Shown piece after piece: positions 1 to 11,811 of a stretch of DNA of 64,000 nucleotides. Source of the DNA: Candidatus Planktophila lacus (lineage in GTDB: Bacteria > Pseudomonadota > Gammaproteobacteria > Steroidobacterales > Steroidobacteraceae); the NCBI GenBank assembly GCA_943331345.2, contig CALQLF020000005.1:229-64228 (forward strand). The letters are read 5' to 3'. The translations under genes were made by a program, and so were the position numbers. Numbering within the stretch: the first letter of the stretch is position 1; each line of letters opens with the position of its first letter. The notes beneath the pieces were generated by a model. That model saw only the letters and a program-made list of their open reading frames with translations. It did not search any database and was not told the DNA's origin.

Positions 1-2
1 GC

Positions 3-821
3 CTCCCTGCCCTGGCGCTCGAAGAGCCCCCGTTCGCGAACCACATTGCCCCTGGCCACAATCTGGCCGGCGCCCTGAATGCGGTGCGCGTTATGGCGAA
101 CGATAGCGAGCAGGGCCAGCCAACGCTACTCATCATCTCGGCCGTCACCGCAGAACAATGCTTGCCCGCCGCCGAAGAAACAGCGCGGTTGCTGGCGAAA
201 CTCGATGCGAGCGCTTGGTACCTCGACCTCAACTCCGCTTCGCCAGGCACCAAGCAGGCGGCCAGCCAAGCAGTGAACGCTGCAGGCGGGCGCTACGTGG
301 AAGCGGCCGTCATGTCACCTATCCACCCACAGCGGCTAGGTGCGCCCATCCTGCTCGGCGGGAAAGACGCCATGGCATTCCTGCCTGTCGGTGAAGCATT
401 GGGTTTCACGGGTATGCAAGTGTTTGCGGAAGCCATCGGGCGTGCCTCGGCCGCCAAGATGTGTCGCAGCGTTATGGTGAAGGGCATGGAAGCATTGCTC
501 ACCGAAAGCCTGCTGACAGCGCGCCACCATGGCGTAGAGGACACGGTGCTGGCGTCGCTACAAGACCTCTTCCCACTCGGCGATTGGGAGAAACTGGCGC
601 ACTACATGCTGTCGCGCTCGGTTCAGCATGGCAAACGCCGCGCCGAAGAGATGCGCCAAGTAGCGGCCACCGTGCGTGAAGCCGGCCTCGAGCCATGGAT
701 GAGCAATGGCTGCGCCGAACGCCAAGAGTGGGCCGCGCCCCATCGCACCGCACTCACGAACACGAACTTAAAGAACCTGCTGGACGCGGTACTGCAAAAC
801 GTACCGGCGCCTGAAGCCTGA
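3..821 (+). CDS. NAD(P)-dependent oxidoreductase, 6-phosphogluconate-dehydrogenase-like with DUF1932-type C-terminal domain (5' end cut by window edge)
   Basis: The frame is open from nt 3 with no stop before the GTG at 84. Motifs LLIISAVTAEQ, AAVMSPI and KMCRSVMVKGMEALLTESL are typical of this family. The gene sits directly upstream of the lig genes. Confidence 0.55.
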   Translation, partial: LPALALEEPPFANHIAPGHNLAGALNAVRVMANDSEQGQPTLLIISAVTAEQCLPAAEETARLLAKLDASAWYLDLNSASPGTKQAASQAVNAAGGRYVEAAVMSPIHPQRLGAPILLGGKDAMAFLPVGEALGFTGMQVFAEAIGRASAAKMCRSVMVKGMEALLTESLLTARHHGVEDTVLASLQDLFPLGDWEKLAHYMLSRSVQHGKRRAEEMRQVAATVREAGLEPWMSNGCAERQEWAAPHRTALTNTNLKNLLDAVLQNVPAPEA

Positions 822-834
822 TAGGAGCTAAGAC

Positions 835-1857
835 ATGATCATCGACTGCCATGGCCACTACACGACAGCGCCGGACCTGCACACCAAGTTCCGTGACGCC
901 CAGTTGGCGCATGCCAAGAATACGGAACTGCCTGCGGCAAACCGCCCCGACATCAGCGACGACCAAATTCGCGAAAGTATCGAGCTGAACCAGCTGAAGC
1001 TGCAGCGCGACCGTGGCTCCGACCTCACCATCTTCTCGCCGCGCGCCTCCACCATGGGCCACCACGAAGGCACGGAAGCGGTGTCGCAGGAATGGACGAT
1101 TGCCTGCAACGACCTCGTGAAGCGGGTGGTAGACCTTTACCCGGAAAATTTCATTGGTGTGTGCCAGCTGCCGCAGTCGCCAGGCGTGCCCATTGCCAAT
1201 TCCATCGCTGAGTTGGAGCGTTGCGTCACGAAGCTGGGCTTCGTGGGCTGCAATTTGAACCCGGACCCGTCCGGCGGTCACTGGAAGTCGCCACCGCTGA
1301 CGGACAAACACTGGTATCCGTTCTACGAAAAGATGGTGGAACTGGATGTGCCCGCCATGGTGCATGTGTCCGCTTCGTGCAACCACAACTTCCACGCCAC
1401 CGGCGCGCACTACATCAACGCCGATACCACCGCGTTCATGCAGTTCCTGCAGGGGGACTTGTTCCGCGATTTCCCCACTCTGCGCTTCATCATTCCGCAT
1501 GGCGGCGGCGCGGTGCCCTACCACTGGGGCCGCTATCGTGGCCTGGCGGATATGCTGAAACGTCCGGCCCTGCGTGACCACGTGATGAAGAACGTGTACT
1601 TCGACACTTGCGTGTACCACCAGCCCGGCATCGACCTGCTATTTCGCGTCATCGATATCGACAACATCCTGTTCGGTTCGGAGATGGTGGGTGCCGTCCG
1701 CGGTATCGACCCCGAGACCGGCAACTACTTCGACGACACCAAGCGCTATATCGACCACCTCGATATTCCGGCAGCCGACAAGAAAAAGGTCTTCGAAGGC
1801 AACGCTCGTCGCGTCTATCCGCGCCTCGATGCTTCCCTGAAGGCCCGCGGCCTGTGA
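835..1857 (+). CDS. ligJ: 4-oxalomesaconate hydratase (amidohydrolase-2 family)
   Basis: 340 aa beginning MIIDCHGHYTT, which is the characteristic LigJ N-terminus. It lies in a cluster with ligI, ligA, ligB and ligC. Confidence 0.85.
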   Translation: MIIDCHGHYTTAPDLHTKFRDAQLAHAKNTELPAANRPDISDDQIRESIELNQLKLQRDRGSDLTIFSPRASTMGHHEGTEAVSQEWTIACNDLVKRVVDLYPENFIGVCQLPQSPGVPIANSIAELERCVTKLGFVGCNLNPDPSGGHWKSPPLTDKHWYPFYEKMVELDVPAMVHVSASCNHNFHATGAHYINADTTAFMQFLQGDLFRDFPTLRFIIPHGGGAVPYHWGRYRGLADMLKRPALRDHVMKNVYFDTCVYHQPGIDLLFRVIDIDNILFGSEMVGAVRGIDPETGNYFDDTKRYIDHLDIPAADKKKVFEGNARRVYPRLDASLKARGL

Positions 1858-2822
1858 GCATCGAGTTGAAGGCCGCAGTTCCCGGCACGCCCGGCTGGGC
1901 GGCTGAAAAAGCCAGCGGAGGTTTCACCACCGATGCCGGCTGGCTGGATTTCCATGGCGCGCCGGTGAAGCCGTCGTATGTGCCGCCGCCGGGTGCTGTG
2001 GATGCGCACTGTCATGTGTTCGGCCCGGGCGCGGAGTTCCCTTATGCGCCTGAGCGTAAGTACACGCCTTGTGATGCCGGCAAGGCCAAGCTGCGCGCCC
2101 TGCGCGACTATCTCGGCTTTTCGCGCAACGTGGTGGTGCAAGCCACTTGCCACGGCGCGGACAACCGCGCGATGGTAGATGCCGTCAGCAGTTCGCATGG
2201 CTTGGCCCGCGGCGTAGCCACGGTACGCCGCTCCGTTACCGACACGGAGCTGGCGGACATGGACGCCGCCGGCGTGCGAGGCGTGCGCTTCAATTTCGTG
2301 AAGCGTCTGGTAGACACCACGCCGCACGATGAACTGGTGGAAATCGCCACGCGCGTTGCGAAACTCGGCTGGCATGTGGTCATCTACTTCGAGGCCGCGG
2401 AACTGCCAGAGTTGTACGACTTCATCGCTTCGCTGCCGGCCACCGTGGTCATCGATCACATGGGCCGCCCGGATGTCACGAAGCCCGTCGACAACCCGGA
2501 GTTCGCGTTGTTCGAGAAGCTGATGGCGGACAACCCGCAGGTGTGGTCGAAGGTCACCTGCCCCGACCGCCTGTCCGCTTCGGGCCCGCCGCACTACGAC
2601 GACTTTGTGCCGTTTGCGCGCCGCTTGGTGGAGCGCTTTCCGGACCGCGTCCTGTGGGGCACGGACTGGCCACACCCGAACTTGAAGACGCACATGCCAG
2701 ATGACGGCGCGCTGGTGAATATCATTCCGCGCATCGCCCCGACGGCCGAATTGCAGCAGCGGCTGCTGGTAGACAACCCGATGCGCCTCTACTGGCCGGA
2801 AGAATATCGCTCCAAAGACTGA
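1854..2822 (+). CDS. ligI: 2-pyrone-4,6-dicarboxylate lactonase (amidohydrolase-2 family)
   Basis: The GTG at 1854 overlaps the ligJ stop (GTGA). Motifs VDAHCHVFGP and WGTDWPHP are typical of LigI-type hydrolases. The upstream part of the 1608 ORF overlaps ligJ and is discounted. Confidence 0.8.
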   Translation: MSIELKAAVPGTPGWAAEKASGGFTTDAGWLDFHGAPVKPSYVPPPGAVDAHCHVFGPGAEFPYAPERKYTPCDAGKAKLRALRDYLGFSRNVVVQATCHGADNRAMVDAVSSSHGLARGVATVRRSVTDTELADMDAAGVRGVRFNFVKRLVDTTPHDELVEIATRVAKLGWHVVIYFEAAELPELYDFIASLPATVVIDHMGRPDVTKPVDNPEFALFEKLMADNPQVWSKVTCPDRLSASGPPHYDDFVPFARRLVERFPDRVLWGTDWPHPNLKTHMPDDGALVNIIPRIAPTAELQQRLLVDNPMRLYWPEEYRSKD

Positions 2823-2905
2823 CAGGTAGGGGATAGCGGCGCGTGCTGACTTCCCCAGCCAAAACCGCATTACAGTATTGACCTAACCGCAAGGCAGCAA
2901 AGTCC

Positions 2906-4133
<1,228 letters not shown>

Positions 4134-4134
<1 letters not shown>

Positions 4135-5075
4135 TGAAGGTCGTACTTGCCGGTGCCGGTGCCTTCGGCCAAAAGCACTTGGATGCAATGAAGCTCATTG
4201 GTGATATCGAAGTGGTGTCGCTGGTGGGCCGCGACCTAGACGCCACCCGTGCCGCCGCCGAAAAATACGGCGTAGGCCATGTCACCACCGAACTGGCGGG
4301 AGCCATTGCCCAGCCGGGCGTGGACGCCGTCATTCTTTGCACGCCAACGCAGATGCACGCCGAACAAGCCCTGCTCTGCATGCGCGCCGGCAAGCACGTG
4401 ATGGTGGAAATTCCGTTGGCCGACAGCTGGGCGGATTCTCAGGCCGTGGCTGCGTTGCAGCAGCAGACGGGCTTGGTCTGTATGGTCGGTCATACCCGTC
4501 GATTCAACCCCTCGCACCAGTGGGTACGCCAGCGCATCACGGCGGGGGAGTTCAATATCCAGCAGATGGACGTGCAGACGTTCTTCTTCCGGCGCACGAA
4601 CATGAACGCTCTTGGCCAGCCGCGTTCGTGGACAGACCACTTGCTGTGGCATCACGCCGCACACACCGTGGACCTGTTCCGTTACCAGACGGGTGGCGAG
4701 ATTGTCGCAGCGAACGCCGTCCAGGGTCCTATCCATCCGGTGCTTGGCATCGCCATGGACATGTCCATCCAGCTGAAGAGCTCGACGGGTGCCATCTGCA
4801 CGCTATCGTTGTCCTTCAACAACGACGGTCCGCTCGGCACGTTCTTCCGCTACATCGGCGATACGGGCACGTACATCGCGCGCTACGACGATCTGCTCGA
4901 TGGCAAGAACAACGCCATCGATGTGTCGCAGGTAGACGTGTCGATGAACGGCATCGAACTGCAAGACCGCGAGTTTTTCGCGGCTATCCGTGAAGGCCGC
5001 GAGCCGAACGCGAGCGTGGGCCAAGTATTGGCCTGCTACGAGACGCTACACAAGCTGGAACAGCAGTTGGTGTAG
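4134..5075 (+). CDS. ligC: 4-carboxy-2-hydroxymuconate-6-semialdehyde dehydrogenase (Gfo/Idh/MocA family)
   Basis: The ATG at 4134 overlaps the ligB stop. It has an MKVVLAGAGAFGQKHL Rossmann N-terminus and the conserved position after ligAB. Confidence 0.8.
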
Positions 5076-5077
5076 CG

Positions 5078-5100
5078 GTGGGAGCGAGCTTGCTCGCGAC
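5078..5100. repeat. REP-type palindromic element (GTGGGAGCGAGCTTGCTCGCGAC)
   Basis: Inner perfect inverted repeat GCGAGC-TT-GCTCGC. It lies in the convergent gap between ligC and the next minus-strand gene. The same element recurs at 17558, 24754-24873 and 52943-53109. Confidence 0.85.
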
Positions 5101-5103
5101 TCT

Positions 5104-5715
5104 TCAGCCGCGGTAAACCCAGAAATCGGGCCCGCGAGCAGCTTCCAGCTTGGCCAGTTGCTCGCGGTGAATTTCACGAACGCGCGCCGGAGTAATGGCC
5201 TCGCTCGGGTCCACTTCTTCAATCTTCAAGCTTGTCTTGTCTTCGTATAGATGCTCGCCCGCCAGCCGCGCCTGCGCGTCGTAGGGCCAAATGAACGCCT
5301 GACGACTCGACACGTGATAAAGCCCGTCCGCCTTCTCGACTTTGTAGCCGACGGCCTGCAAGTCGCTTCCCTTGGCCAACTGGTGAAACGTGATTTCGTC
5401 GCAAATACCCCAGTCGTTTACGGCCAAGCGGTCGTCGGAGTGCCACAGCACGGTTTCGCCCACACTGTTGTAGAACCCAAGTACCCCGGCCTTGCCCTCA
5501 ATGACCACTGGATTGTCACCCCAGGCCACGCGGTACACCGGGTGGTCGACGGTCATGTCTGACGCCAGAATGCGGTCGTAGTCCCCAGCGCCTTCCAGGT
5601 GCACATGGCGCCAGAAGTTCAGCAGGATGGCGCGATGCAGGGGGTGCGTGGTGCGCTCGACCAGCGCCGCCGTGGGCAGCATGCAGTCGTAGACGGCTTT
5701 CTCGAAACGGTTCAT
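5104..5715 (-). CDS. hypothetical protein, NTF2/SnoaL-like fold suspected
   Basis: Long ORF with coding-like composition. The start is taken at MNRFEKAVYD (ATG at 5715). No recognisable catalytic motif, so the fold assignment is only a guess. Confidence 0.45.
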   Translation of the reverse strand: MNRFEKAVYDCMLPTAALVERTTHPLHRAILLNFWRHVHLEGAGDYDRILASDMTVDHPVYRVAWGDNPVVIEGKAGVLGFYNSVGETVLWHSDDRLAVNDWGICDEITFHQLAKGSDLQAVGYKVEKADGLYHVSSRQAFIWPYDAQARLAGEHLYEDKTSLKIEEVDPSEAITPARVREIHREQLAKLEAARGPDFWVYRG

Positions 5716-5875
5716 GGCACTCTCCTGGAAGATGGCACGGGCAGGCACGTCTCGCGTGCCAATGTGCGTGGTAACGTACTACCGGCGGTGCTGCGCTGCT
5801 TGGACTACAGCGCAGGCCACCCGGTACCAATGCGCGTACGCGCGGTTCAAATTTGGTTTAGATGCGGAGTTGCGG

Positions 5876-6880
5876 ATGAACACCCCCCTGCCCACCCGAA
5901 CCCTCGCCGGTCGCGCCGTCAGCGCCATCGGGCTGGGATGCATGAACCTGAACCACGCCTACGGGGAACCGCCCGCCACGGATTACGCGGTGCGGCTGCT
6001 GGAACGTGCCTGCGAGCTGGGCGTCACCCATTTCGACACCGCTTCGCTGTATGGCTTCGGCAAGAACGAAGAACTGGTGGCGCGCATCCTCCCCGCTTGG
6101 CGGTCGCGTATTTTCCTCGCCAGCAAGTGCGGCATGACCGGCGTGGACGGGAAGCGCGTCATCGATGGCCGTCCCGAAACCTTGAAGCGCACGGTGGTGG
6201 AATCCTTGCAGCGGCTCGGCACCGACCACATCGACCTCTACTACCTCCACCGCTGGGACAAACAAGTACCCATCGAAGAGAGCATGGGCGCGCTGGCAGA
6301 CATGGTCCGCGCAGGACAAATCGGCGCCATTGGTTTGTCGGAAGTTTCGGCCACCACACTGCGTAAAGCACACGCCGTGCACCCCGTGGCTGCCGTGCAG
6401 TCGGAATACTCACTGTGGGCTCGGAACGCCGAAGTGGCCGTGCTCGAAGCCTGCCGCGAACTGGGTGTGGCCTACGTGGCTTTCTCGCCTGTAGGCCGCG
6501 GCTTTCTCGCGCAACATCTCGGTGGGCCGGACAGCTATGTGAAGGGCGATATCCGCCAACACATGCCGCGGTTCATGGCCGAGCACTGGGAGCGGAACGT
6601 GGCGCTGTACCAGCGTTATGCTGCCCTCGCGTCCGAAGCCGGTTGCACACCCGCACAATTGGCGCTGGTATGGCTGCTGGAGCAAGCCCCCCATGTTCTA
6701 CCCATTCCCGGCACCAGTTCCATCGAACATCTGGAAGAAGACATCGCCGCCGCCACGCTGCGTGTCGACCCGGCTCTACTCGCTGCTGCAGGCGAGATGA
6801 TGCACGACCGCCATGTCGGTGGTGCGCGCTACGCTGAGCAAATGCTGAGCGAAGTAGACACTGAAGTCGTCCCGGACTGA
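5876..6880 (+). CDS. aldo/keto reductase
   Basis: From the ATG at 5876: LAGRAVSAIGLGCMNL, THFDTASLYG, IDLYYLHRWD and GLSEVSATTLRKAH are classic AKR motifs. Confidence 0.85.
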   Translation: MNTPLPTRTLAGRAVSAIGLGCMNLNHAYGEPPATDYAVRLLERACELGVTHFDTASLYGFGKNEELVARILPAWRSRIFLASKCGMTGVDGKRVIDGRPETLKRTVVESLQRLGTDHIDLYYLHRWDKQVPIEESMGALADMVRAGQIGAIGLSEVSATTLRKAHAVHPVAAVQSEYSLWARNAEVAVLEACRELGVAYVAFSPVGRGFLAQHLGGPDSYVKGDIRQHMPRFMAEHWERNVALYQRYAALASEAGCTPAQLALVWLLEQAPHVLPIPGTSSIEHLEEDIAAATLRVDPALLAAAGEMMHDRHVGGARYAEQMLSEVDTEVVPD

Positions 6881-6904
6881 TTGCCGGAAAGAGCTAGCCA
6901 CCTC

Positions 6905-7945
6905 ATGCGCGCCTGGCGAATTCACGGTTACGGCGATATGCGTCTGGACGAAGTGCCAGACCCGGTGCCCCGTGCTGGTTGGGTTGTAGTGGATGTGCGC
7001 GTGGTGCAGCCCAGCATTACCGAAACACTGCTTTTCCAAGGCATCAAGACCTATCTCCACGGCTTGGTGGCAGAGCGCATTGCCGCCGGCCCAGCGCCCC
7101 TGTTCGGGCACGAGTTCTCGGGGGTCGTGCGGGAACTTGGCGAAGGCGTAACGGAGTTAGTGGTTGGCGACCGTGTCGTGGCACGCGGTTCGCACCCGGA
7201 AGGCATCGTCGGCTTCGACTACGCCGGTGCCTTCGCCGAACGCATCGCTGTGCCAGCGAGTTTGCTCGCGCGTATTCCTGTACACGTCACTCACAGCGAA
7301 GGCGCCGTAGTACAAGCGCTCACGGATGCCGTTGCGGCCGTGGATGCGGCTGGGCCTTTGGCGAATCGTACGGTGGTTGTCATCGGCCAAGGCGCCATGG
7401 GCCTTTCCTGTCTGCAGGTGGCGCGGGCACGCGGCGCTGGCCAGCTCATTGCCGTCGCGAAGCGCGAAGCTTCGCTGCAACTATCGCGCGCTGGTGGCGC
7501 CACACACACCATCAACGCCAGCCATGCCGATGCCGTGGCCGCCGTACTGGCAATGACCGGCGGTAAGGGCGCAGATGTGGTGTTCGAGACGGCAGGCGGC
7601 CCCGTGGAACAAGGGCTCGCTGGCGATACGACCCTCGCTCAGGCCGCCGCCATGGTGCGGGATGCAGGAACCGTCGTCGGCGTGGCTTTCCATGGCGACG
7701 GTACGTTCCTGCCCTACAAGCTGTTCCGCTTCCGCGGCATTCGGTATTTGTTCCCTTCGCTTATGGACCGCCGCTTGTTCGAAGACACCGTAGACCTGCT
7801 CGCCACCGGGCAAGTGAACGTGAAGCCGATGGTGACGCATGTGTTGCAGGGACTGGACCAAGTACCAGCGGCCTTTGCTCTCACCGCAGACAAATCCCGC
7901 CACGGATTGGTGAACCCCGCCCAAGTGGTGGTCTCGGTCGATTGA
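6905..7945 (+). CDS. medium-chain dehydrogenase/reductase (alcohol dehydrogenase-like)
   Basis: Has MRAWRIHGYGDMRLDEVP, GHEFSG, and a VVVIGQGAMG nucleotide-binding loop. The usual Cys-rich zinc motif near residue 40 is not evident. Confidence 0.75.
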   Translation: MRAWRIHGYGDMRLDEVPDPVPRAGWVVVDVRVVQPSITETLLFQGIKTYLHGLVAERIAAGPAPLFGHEFSGVVRELGEGVTELVVGDRVVARGSHPEGIVGFDYAGAFAERIAVPASLLARIPVHVTHSEGAVVQALTDAVAAVDAAGPLANRTVVVIGQGAMGLSCLQVARARGAGQLIAVAKREASLQLSRAGGATHTINASHADAVAAVLAMTGGKGADVVFETAGGPVEQGLAGDTTLAQAAAMVRDAGTVVGVAFHGDGTFLPYKLFRFRGIRYLFPSLMDRRLFEDTVDLLATGQVNVKPMVTHVLQGLDQVPAAFALTADKSRHGLVNPAQVVVSVD

Positions 7946-7972
7946 TGGCCACCCGGCCCGGAGCTATTCCCG

Positions 7973-8356
7973 ATGGACGCACGCGAACTCGCCCTCCACC
8001 TTTTCCAGACCACCTATTACGACTCCATCGACCGTGGCGACATGGCCACGGCGGTGTCCGCTTTCCATGAAGACATCCAGTGGTCGCATGTGCAGGTGTG
8101 GGAGCACCACGACTACCGCCGCCGCGACCAGCCGACACGGTTCAACGGACGCCAAGAGGTTCAAGACTTCCTGAGCGAACGCGTGGATAAGCTGAAAGAA
8201 GCCGGTATTCGCCACCGCGTGCGCGATTTGGTGTGCGATGGTGAGCGCGGCGCTTTTCTGGCGGCCGTGGAAGGCCCGGGCCCAGAACGGCCCTTCTTCG
8301 TTTGGTTTGAACTGCGTGACGGCAAAGTGGCGCGCTACACGCTGCGGCCGCTCTAG
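7973..8356 (+). CDS. small NTF2/SnoaL-like protein
   Basis: 127 aa, with size and pattern (DRGDMATAVSAFHEDIQW...GKVARY) typical of SnoaL-like domains. Confidence 0.5.
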   Translation: MDARELALHLFQTTYYDSIDRGDMATAVSAFHEDIQWSHVQVWEHHDYRRRDQPTRFNGRQEVQDFLSERVDKLKEAGIRHRVRDLVCDGERGAFLAAVEGPGPERPFFVWFELRDGKVARYTLRPL

Positions 8357-8399
8357 TCGACTGCACTAGTCGACGGCACTAGTCGGCCGCTCTAGCCGC
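8349..8399. repeat. four imperfect 12-13 nt tandem repeats (consensus GCACTAGTCGAC)
   Basis: Read directly as cgctctagtcgac / tgcactagtcgac / ggcactagtcggc / cgctctagccgc. It spans the stop of the 7973 gene and the convergent gap before mnmG. Confidence 0.7.
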
Positions 8400-8418
8400 A
8401 GCAGTTCCTTGCCGGGCT

Positions 8419-10263
8419 TCAGGCCGCGCGGCCGCGCTTCTTTAGGTGAATAAGCAATAGCGCGACCGTAGCCGGGGTAATGCCGGGCAAGCGCGAAGCG
8501 AGCCCCAACGTGGCTGGCCGGTGACGCGCGAGGCGATGACGAGCTTCGTTGGTCAAGCCATCTACCAAGGCGTAGTCGATATCCGCCGGCAACGCCGTTT
8601 CCCCATGGCGCTGTTGCCGCGCTACTTCCACGTCTTGCTTGGCCAAGTAACCCGCGTACTTGGCTTGCACGTCTACCTGCTCGATGACTTGCTGCGCCAG
8701 CCATTCATCCTCTGGCATTGCAGCGGCGCCCACATCAGCGTGCGCTACCACTTCCGTATAGCGGCTCTCCGGTCGACGCAGCCATTCCCAGGCGCTTTCC
8801 TTGCCCGCAACGGAAGGCACGCGCGCCGACTGCAAGCGCGCCACTTCGGCTTCCACCAGCGCGCGCTTTTGTTCGAAGGCGGCCCAGCGCTCGTCATTCA
8901 CCAAGCCGAGCTCGCGGCCCTTAGGGGTCAAGCGCAGGTCCGCGTTGTCCTCACGCAGCCGCAAGCGGAACTCGGCGCGACTGGTGAACATGCGGTAAGG
9001 CTCTGGCGCGCCTTGCGTGAGCAAGTCATCCACCAGCACGCCGAGATAGCTTTCCCCACGCGTTGGCCACCACGGCGCACGGCCTAGCACCGCCAGAGCG
9101 GCATTCGTCCCTGCCAACAGGCCTTGTGCCGCCGCTTCCTCGTAGCCCGTGGTGCCGTTGATTTGCCCGGCAAAATACAGGCCTGGCACGGCGCGCGTTT
9201 CGAGCGTGGGCTGCAAGTCGCGCGGGTCGTAGAAGTCGTATTCGATGGCATAGCCCGGCCGCGTGAGCACGGCTTTTTCGCAGCCACGAATGGACCGCAC
9301 CATCGCTTCTTGGACATCGGCCGGCAAACTGGTGGAGATGCCGTTCGGGTACACCTCGTGCGTGTCGAGGCCTTCGGGCTCCATGTAAACCTGATGGCTG
9401 TCGCGCGCGGCAAAACGCGTCACCTTGTCTTCCACCGAAGGGCAATAGCGCGGGCCCGTGCCTTCGATGACACCCGTGAACATGGGCGAACGTTCGGCGG
9501 CGGCACGGATGATGTCGTGCGTGCGCGGGTTCGTGTGCGTGATGTGGCAAGCAATCTGGCGCGGATGGTGTTCGCGGCGGCCGAGAAAACTGAACACTGG
9601 CCGCGGCTCGTCACCGGGCTGCAGTTCCATGGCGGACCAGTCCAGCGTGCGCCCATCCAGCCGCGGCGGTGTACCGGTCTTCAAGCGACCGGTATTCATG
9701 CCCAGCCCACGCAGGCAATCCGCCAAGCGCACGGCGGCAGGGTCGCCAACACGCCCACCCACGGATTGTTCCAGACCGACATGCAAGCGGCCCGCCAAGA
9801 AAGTGCCGGTGGTCAGCACTACCTTCTGCGCCTCGATAGCACTGCCATCCGCCAATTCCACGCCCACACAACGGCCTGCGACGAAGCGCAGCCCCGTCAC
9901 TTCGGCGGCGAGTAGCGTCAACCCCGGCTGCGCTTCCAGTTGGGCGCGGATGGCGCGGCGATACAGGTTGCGGTCCGCCTGTGCGCGCGTGGCGCGCACC
10001 GCCGGGCCCTTGCTGGCGTTCAAGGTACGGAACTGGATGCCGGCACGGTCCGCCGCGAGCGCCATGGCGCCCCCCAGTGCGTCTATTTCGCGCACCAAGT
10101 GGCCCTTGCCGATACCCCCGATGGCGGGGTTGCAGCTCATCTGCCCGAGCGCATCCAGCCGGTGCGTCACCAGCAGGGTGCGCACGCCCATGCGCGCTGC
10201 CGCGAGCGCCGCTTCCGTGCCTGCGTGGCCGCCGCCGACAATGAGGACTTCGGGATATTCCAT
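8419..10263 (-). CDS. mnmG: tRNA uridine 5-carboxymethylaminomethyl modification enzyme MnmG (GidA)
   Basis: 614 aa. [21 protein letters not shown] and [23 protein letters not shown] are hallmark GidA sequences. Confidence 0.95.
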   Translation of the reverse strand: MEYPEVLIVGGGHAGTEAALAAARMGVRTLLVTHRLDALGQMSCNPAIGGIGKGHLVREIDALGGAMALAADRAGIQFRTLNASKGPAVRATRAQADRNLYRRAIRAQLEAQPGLTLLAAEVTGLRFVAGRCVGVELADGSAIEAQKVVLTTGTFLAGRLHVGLEQSVGGRVGDPAAVRLADCLRGLGMNTGRLKTGTPPRLDGRTLDWSAMELQPGDEPRPVFSFLGRREHHPRQIACHITHTNPRTHDIIRAAAERSPMFTGVIEGTGPRYCPSVEDKVTRFAARDSHQVYMEPEGLDTHEVYPNGISTSLPADVQEAMVRSIRGCEKAVLTRPGYAIEYDFYDPRDLQPTLETRAVPGLYFAGQINGTTGYEEAAAQGLLAGTNAALAVLGRAPWWPTRGESYLGVLVDDLLTQGAPEPYRMFTSRAEFRLRLREDNADLRLTPKGRELGLVNDERWAAFEQKRALVEAEVARLQSARVPSVAGKESAWEWLRRPESRYTEVVAHADVGAAAMPEDEWLAQQVIEQVDVQAKYAGYLAKQDVEVARQQRHGETALPADIDYALVDGLTNEARHRLARHRPATLGLASRLPGITPATVALLLIHLKKRGRAA

Positions 10264-10293
10264 GGCCCCATTATCTCAGGTACTGTCGCGCCC

Positions 10294-11811
10294 ATGTACA
10301 AGCCCTTGCTGAAGGCTGCCCTGCTGGTCAGCTTCCCCGTTCTGGTTGCCGCACCGTGGCAGCCAGCCCTGGCAGCCCCTCCGGTGGCAGCTGTCGCGCA
10401 GAACGCGCCCGGTATCCCACTCACGGATTGCCGGCTGTCGTCCCAACAATCGCCCACTACGGTGGCGGCGCGCTGCGGTACTTTCGAGGTGCCGGAGGAC
10501 TACGCCAACCCCGACGGCAAGCGCCTGAAGCTGGCGATTGCCGTGCTGCCAGCACTCGACCGCGGCGCCAAGCTGGCGCCGGTGTTCCTGATCTCTGGCG
10601 GCCCCGGCCAAGGTTCGAGGGAAAGTTTCGCACCCATCCTCGGCGCGTTCTCGCGGCTGCACCGCCAACACGATCTGGTGATGGTGGACCAGCGCGGCAC
10701 CGGGGGTTCCAATGCGCTCCGCTGCAATCTGCCCGATGACGAGGCCGAAGAAGGCCCACCGCCCACGCCAGCCGAAATCGCCGTAATGGTCAAAACCTGT
10801 CTGGCACAACTTCCCGGCGATCCGCGCTTCTACACCACGAGCGTGGCAGTACGCGACTTGGACGCCGTACGTGCCGCCTTCGGCTACGGGCAAGTGAACC
10901 TTTACGGCATCTCCTACGGGACTCGTGTGGCGCAGCACTATGCGCGCCGCTATCCAACTAACACGCGGGCAGTGGTCATCGATGGTGTCGTGCCGCCGGG
11001 GCTGACGCTCGGGCCAGATTTGGCTTTGGTGGCTCAGCGCGTGCTCGACGATGCGTTCGCGCGTTGTGCCGCCGAGGCCGCCTGCAGCGCTGCCTACCCG
11101 CAACTGAACGAACGTTTCACGCGTTTGGTAGAGCAGCTCACGGTCGCGCCGCAAAGCGTCACCCTGAACAACCCGGTGAGTGGCAAAGCGGAGACCCGCC
11201 AGTTCACACTGAATACGTTAGGTCTGGTTGTCCGCATGCTGTCTTACAGCCCCGTGTCGATGAGCCTGCTGCCGTTCCTGATGTCCGAAGCGACGGCAGG
11301 GCGGCCCGGCCCCTTGCTGGCGCAGGCGCTGGCCGTAGGCAAAGACCTGGGAGACCAACTGGCGCCGGGCATGCACAACGCCGTGGTGTGCACCGAAGAC
11401 CTGCCATTCTTGACGGCAGCCGACGTGGACCGCGAGGCGATGGGCAAAACCTATCTCGGCACACGAACCATCGATGCTTTGGTGAATTCTTGCGCCGTGT
11501 GGCCACGCGGCGTGCTGGACGCCGACCTCCGCCAACCCTTGCAGTCGAAGGTACCGTTCCTGCTGCTATCGGGCACCGCAGACCCGGTAACACCACCCGT
11601 CTATGCGGAACGTGCCAAGGCGGGCCTCAAAGATTCCCTGCACGTAGCGGTGAAGGGCAACGGCCACGGACAGTTCTCCGCGCCGTGTGCGCCGCGAGTC
11701 ATTGCAGACTTCATCGCCGCCGGAACCACCAAGGGCCTCGACGTGAAATGCCTGCAAAAGGTGGACCTCACCCGTCCCTTCTTCCTCGATGCCAACGGGA
11801 CAGCCCCATGA
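10294..11811 (+). CDS. secreted alpha/beta hydrolase (TAP-like / prolyl aminopeptidase-type)
   Basis: The start is taken at MYKPLLKAALLVSFPVLVAAPW (signal peptide). It has a GISYGT nucleophile elbow and a C-terminal TAP-like region. The 5' part of the 9940 ORF is antisense to mnmG. Confidence 0.75.
   Translation: MYKPLLKAALLVSFPVLVAAPWQPALAAPPVAAVAQNAPGIPLTDCRLSSQQSPTTVAARCGTFEVPEDYANPDGKRLKLAIAVLPALDRGAKLAPVFLISGGPGQGSRESFAPILGAFSRLHRQHDLVMVDQRGTGGSNALRCNLPDDEAEEGPPPTPAEIAVMVKTCLAQLPGDPRFYTTSVAVRDLDAVRAAFGYGQVNLYGISYGTRVAQHYARRYPTNTRAVVIDGVVPPGLTLGPDLALVAQRVLDDAFARCAAEAACSAAYPQLNERFTRLVEQLTVAPQSVTLNNPVSGKAETRQFTLNTLGLVVRMLSYSPVSMSLLPFLMSEATAGRPGPLLAQALAVGKDLGDQLAPGMHNAVVCTEDLPFLTAADVDREAMGKTYLGTRTIDALVNSCAVWPRGVLDADLRQPLQSKVPFLLLSGTADPVTPPVYAERAKAGLKDSLHVAVKGNGHGQFSAPCAPRVIADFIAAGTTKGLDVKCLQKVDLTRPFFLDANGTAP

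Noticed and set aside
5740-5757. Inverted repeat GGCACG-N5-CGTGCC between the 5104 gene and the AKR gene.
   Set aside because: It is a single short palindrome. It is plausible as an operator, but no regulator gene is adjacent and no second copy exists.
9940-10293. Long N-terminal extensions offered by the ORF track. Examples are 9940 for the hydrolase, 11064 for the ABC ATPase, 12356 for the permease, 1608 for ligI, 4023 for ligC, 5714 for the AKR, 50582-50773 for receptor 2, 20732-22072 for the MFP, and 56674-57807 for dgcA.
   Set aside because: The extensions overlap neighbouring genes or are Arg/Pro-rich nonsense. Internal starts give proper signal peptides or N-termini, ribosome-binding sites, or ATGA/GTGA coupling with the upstream gene.
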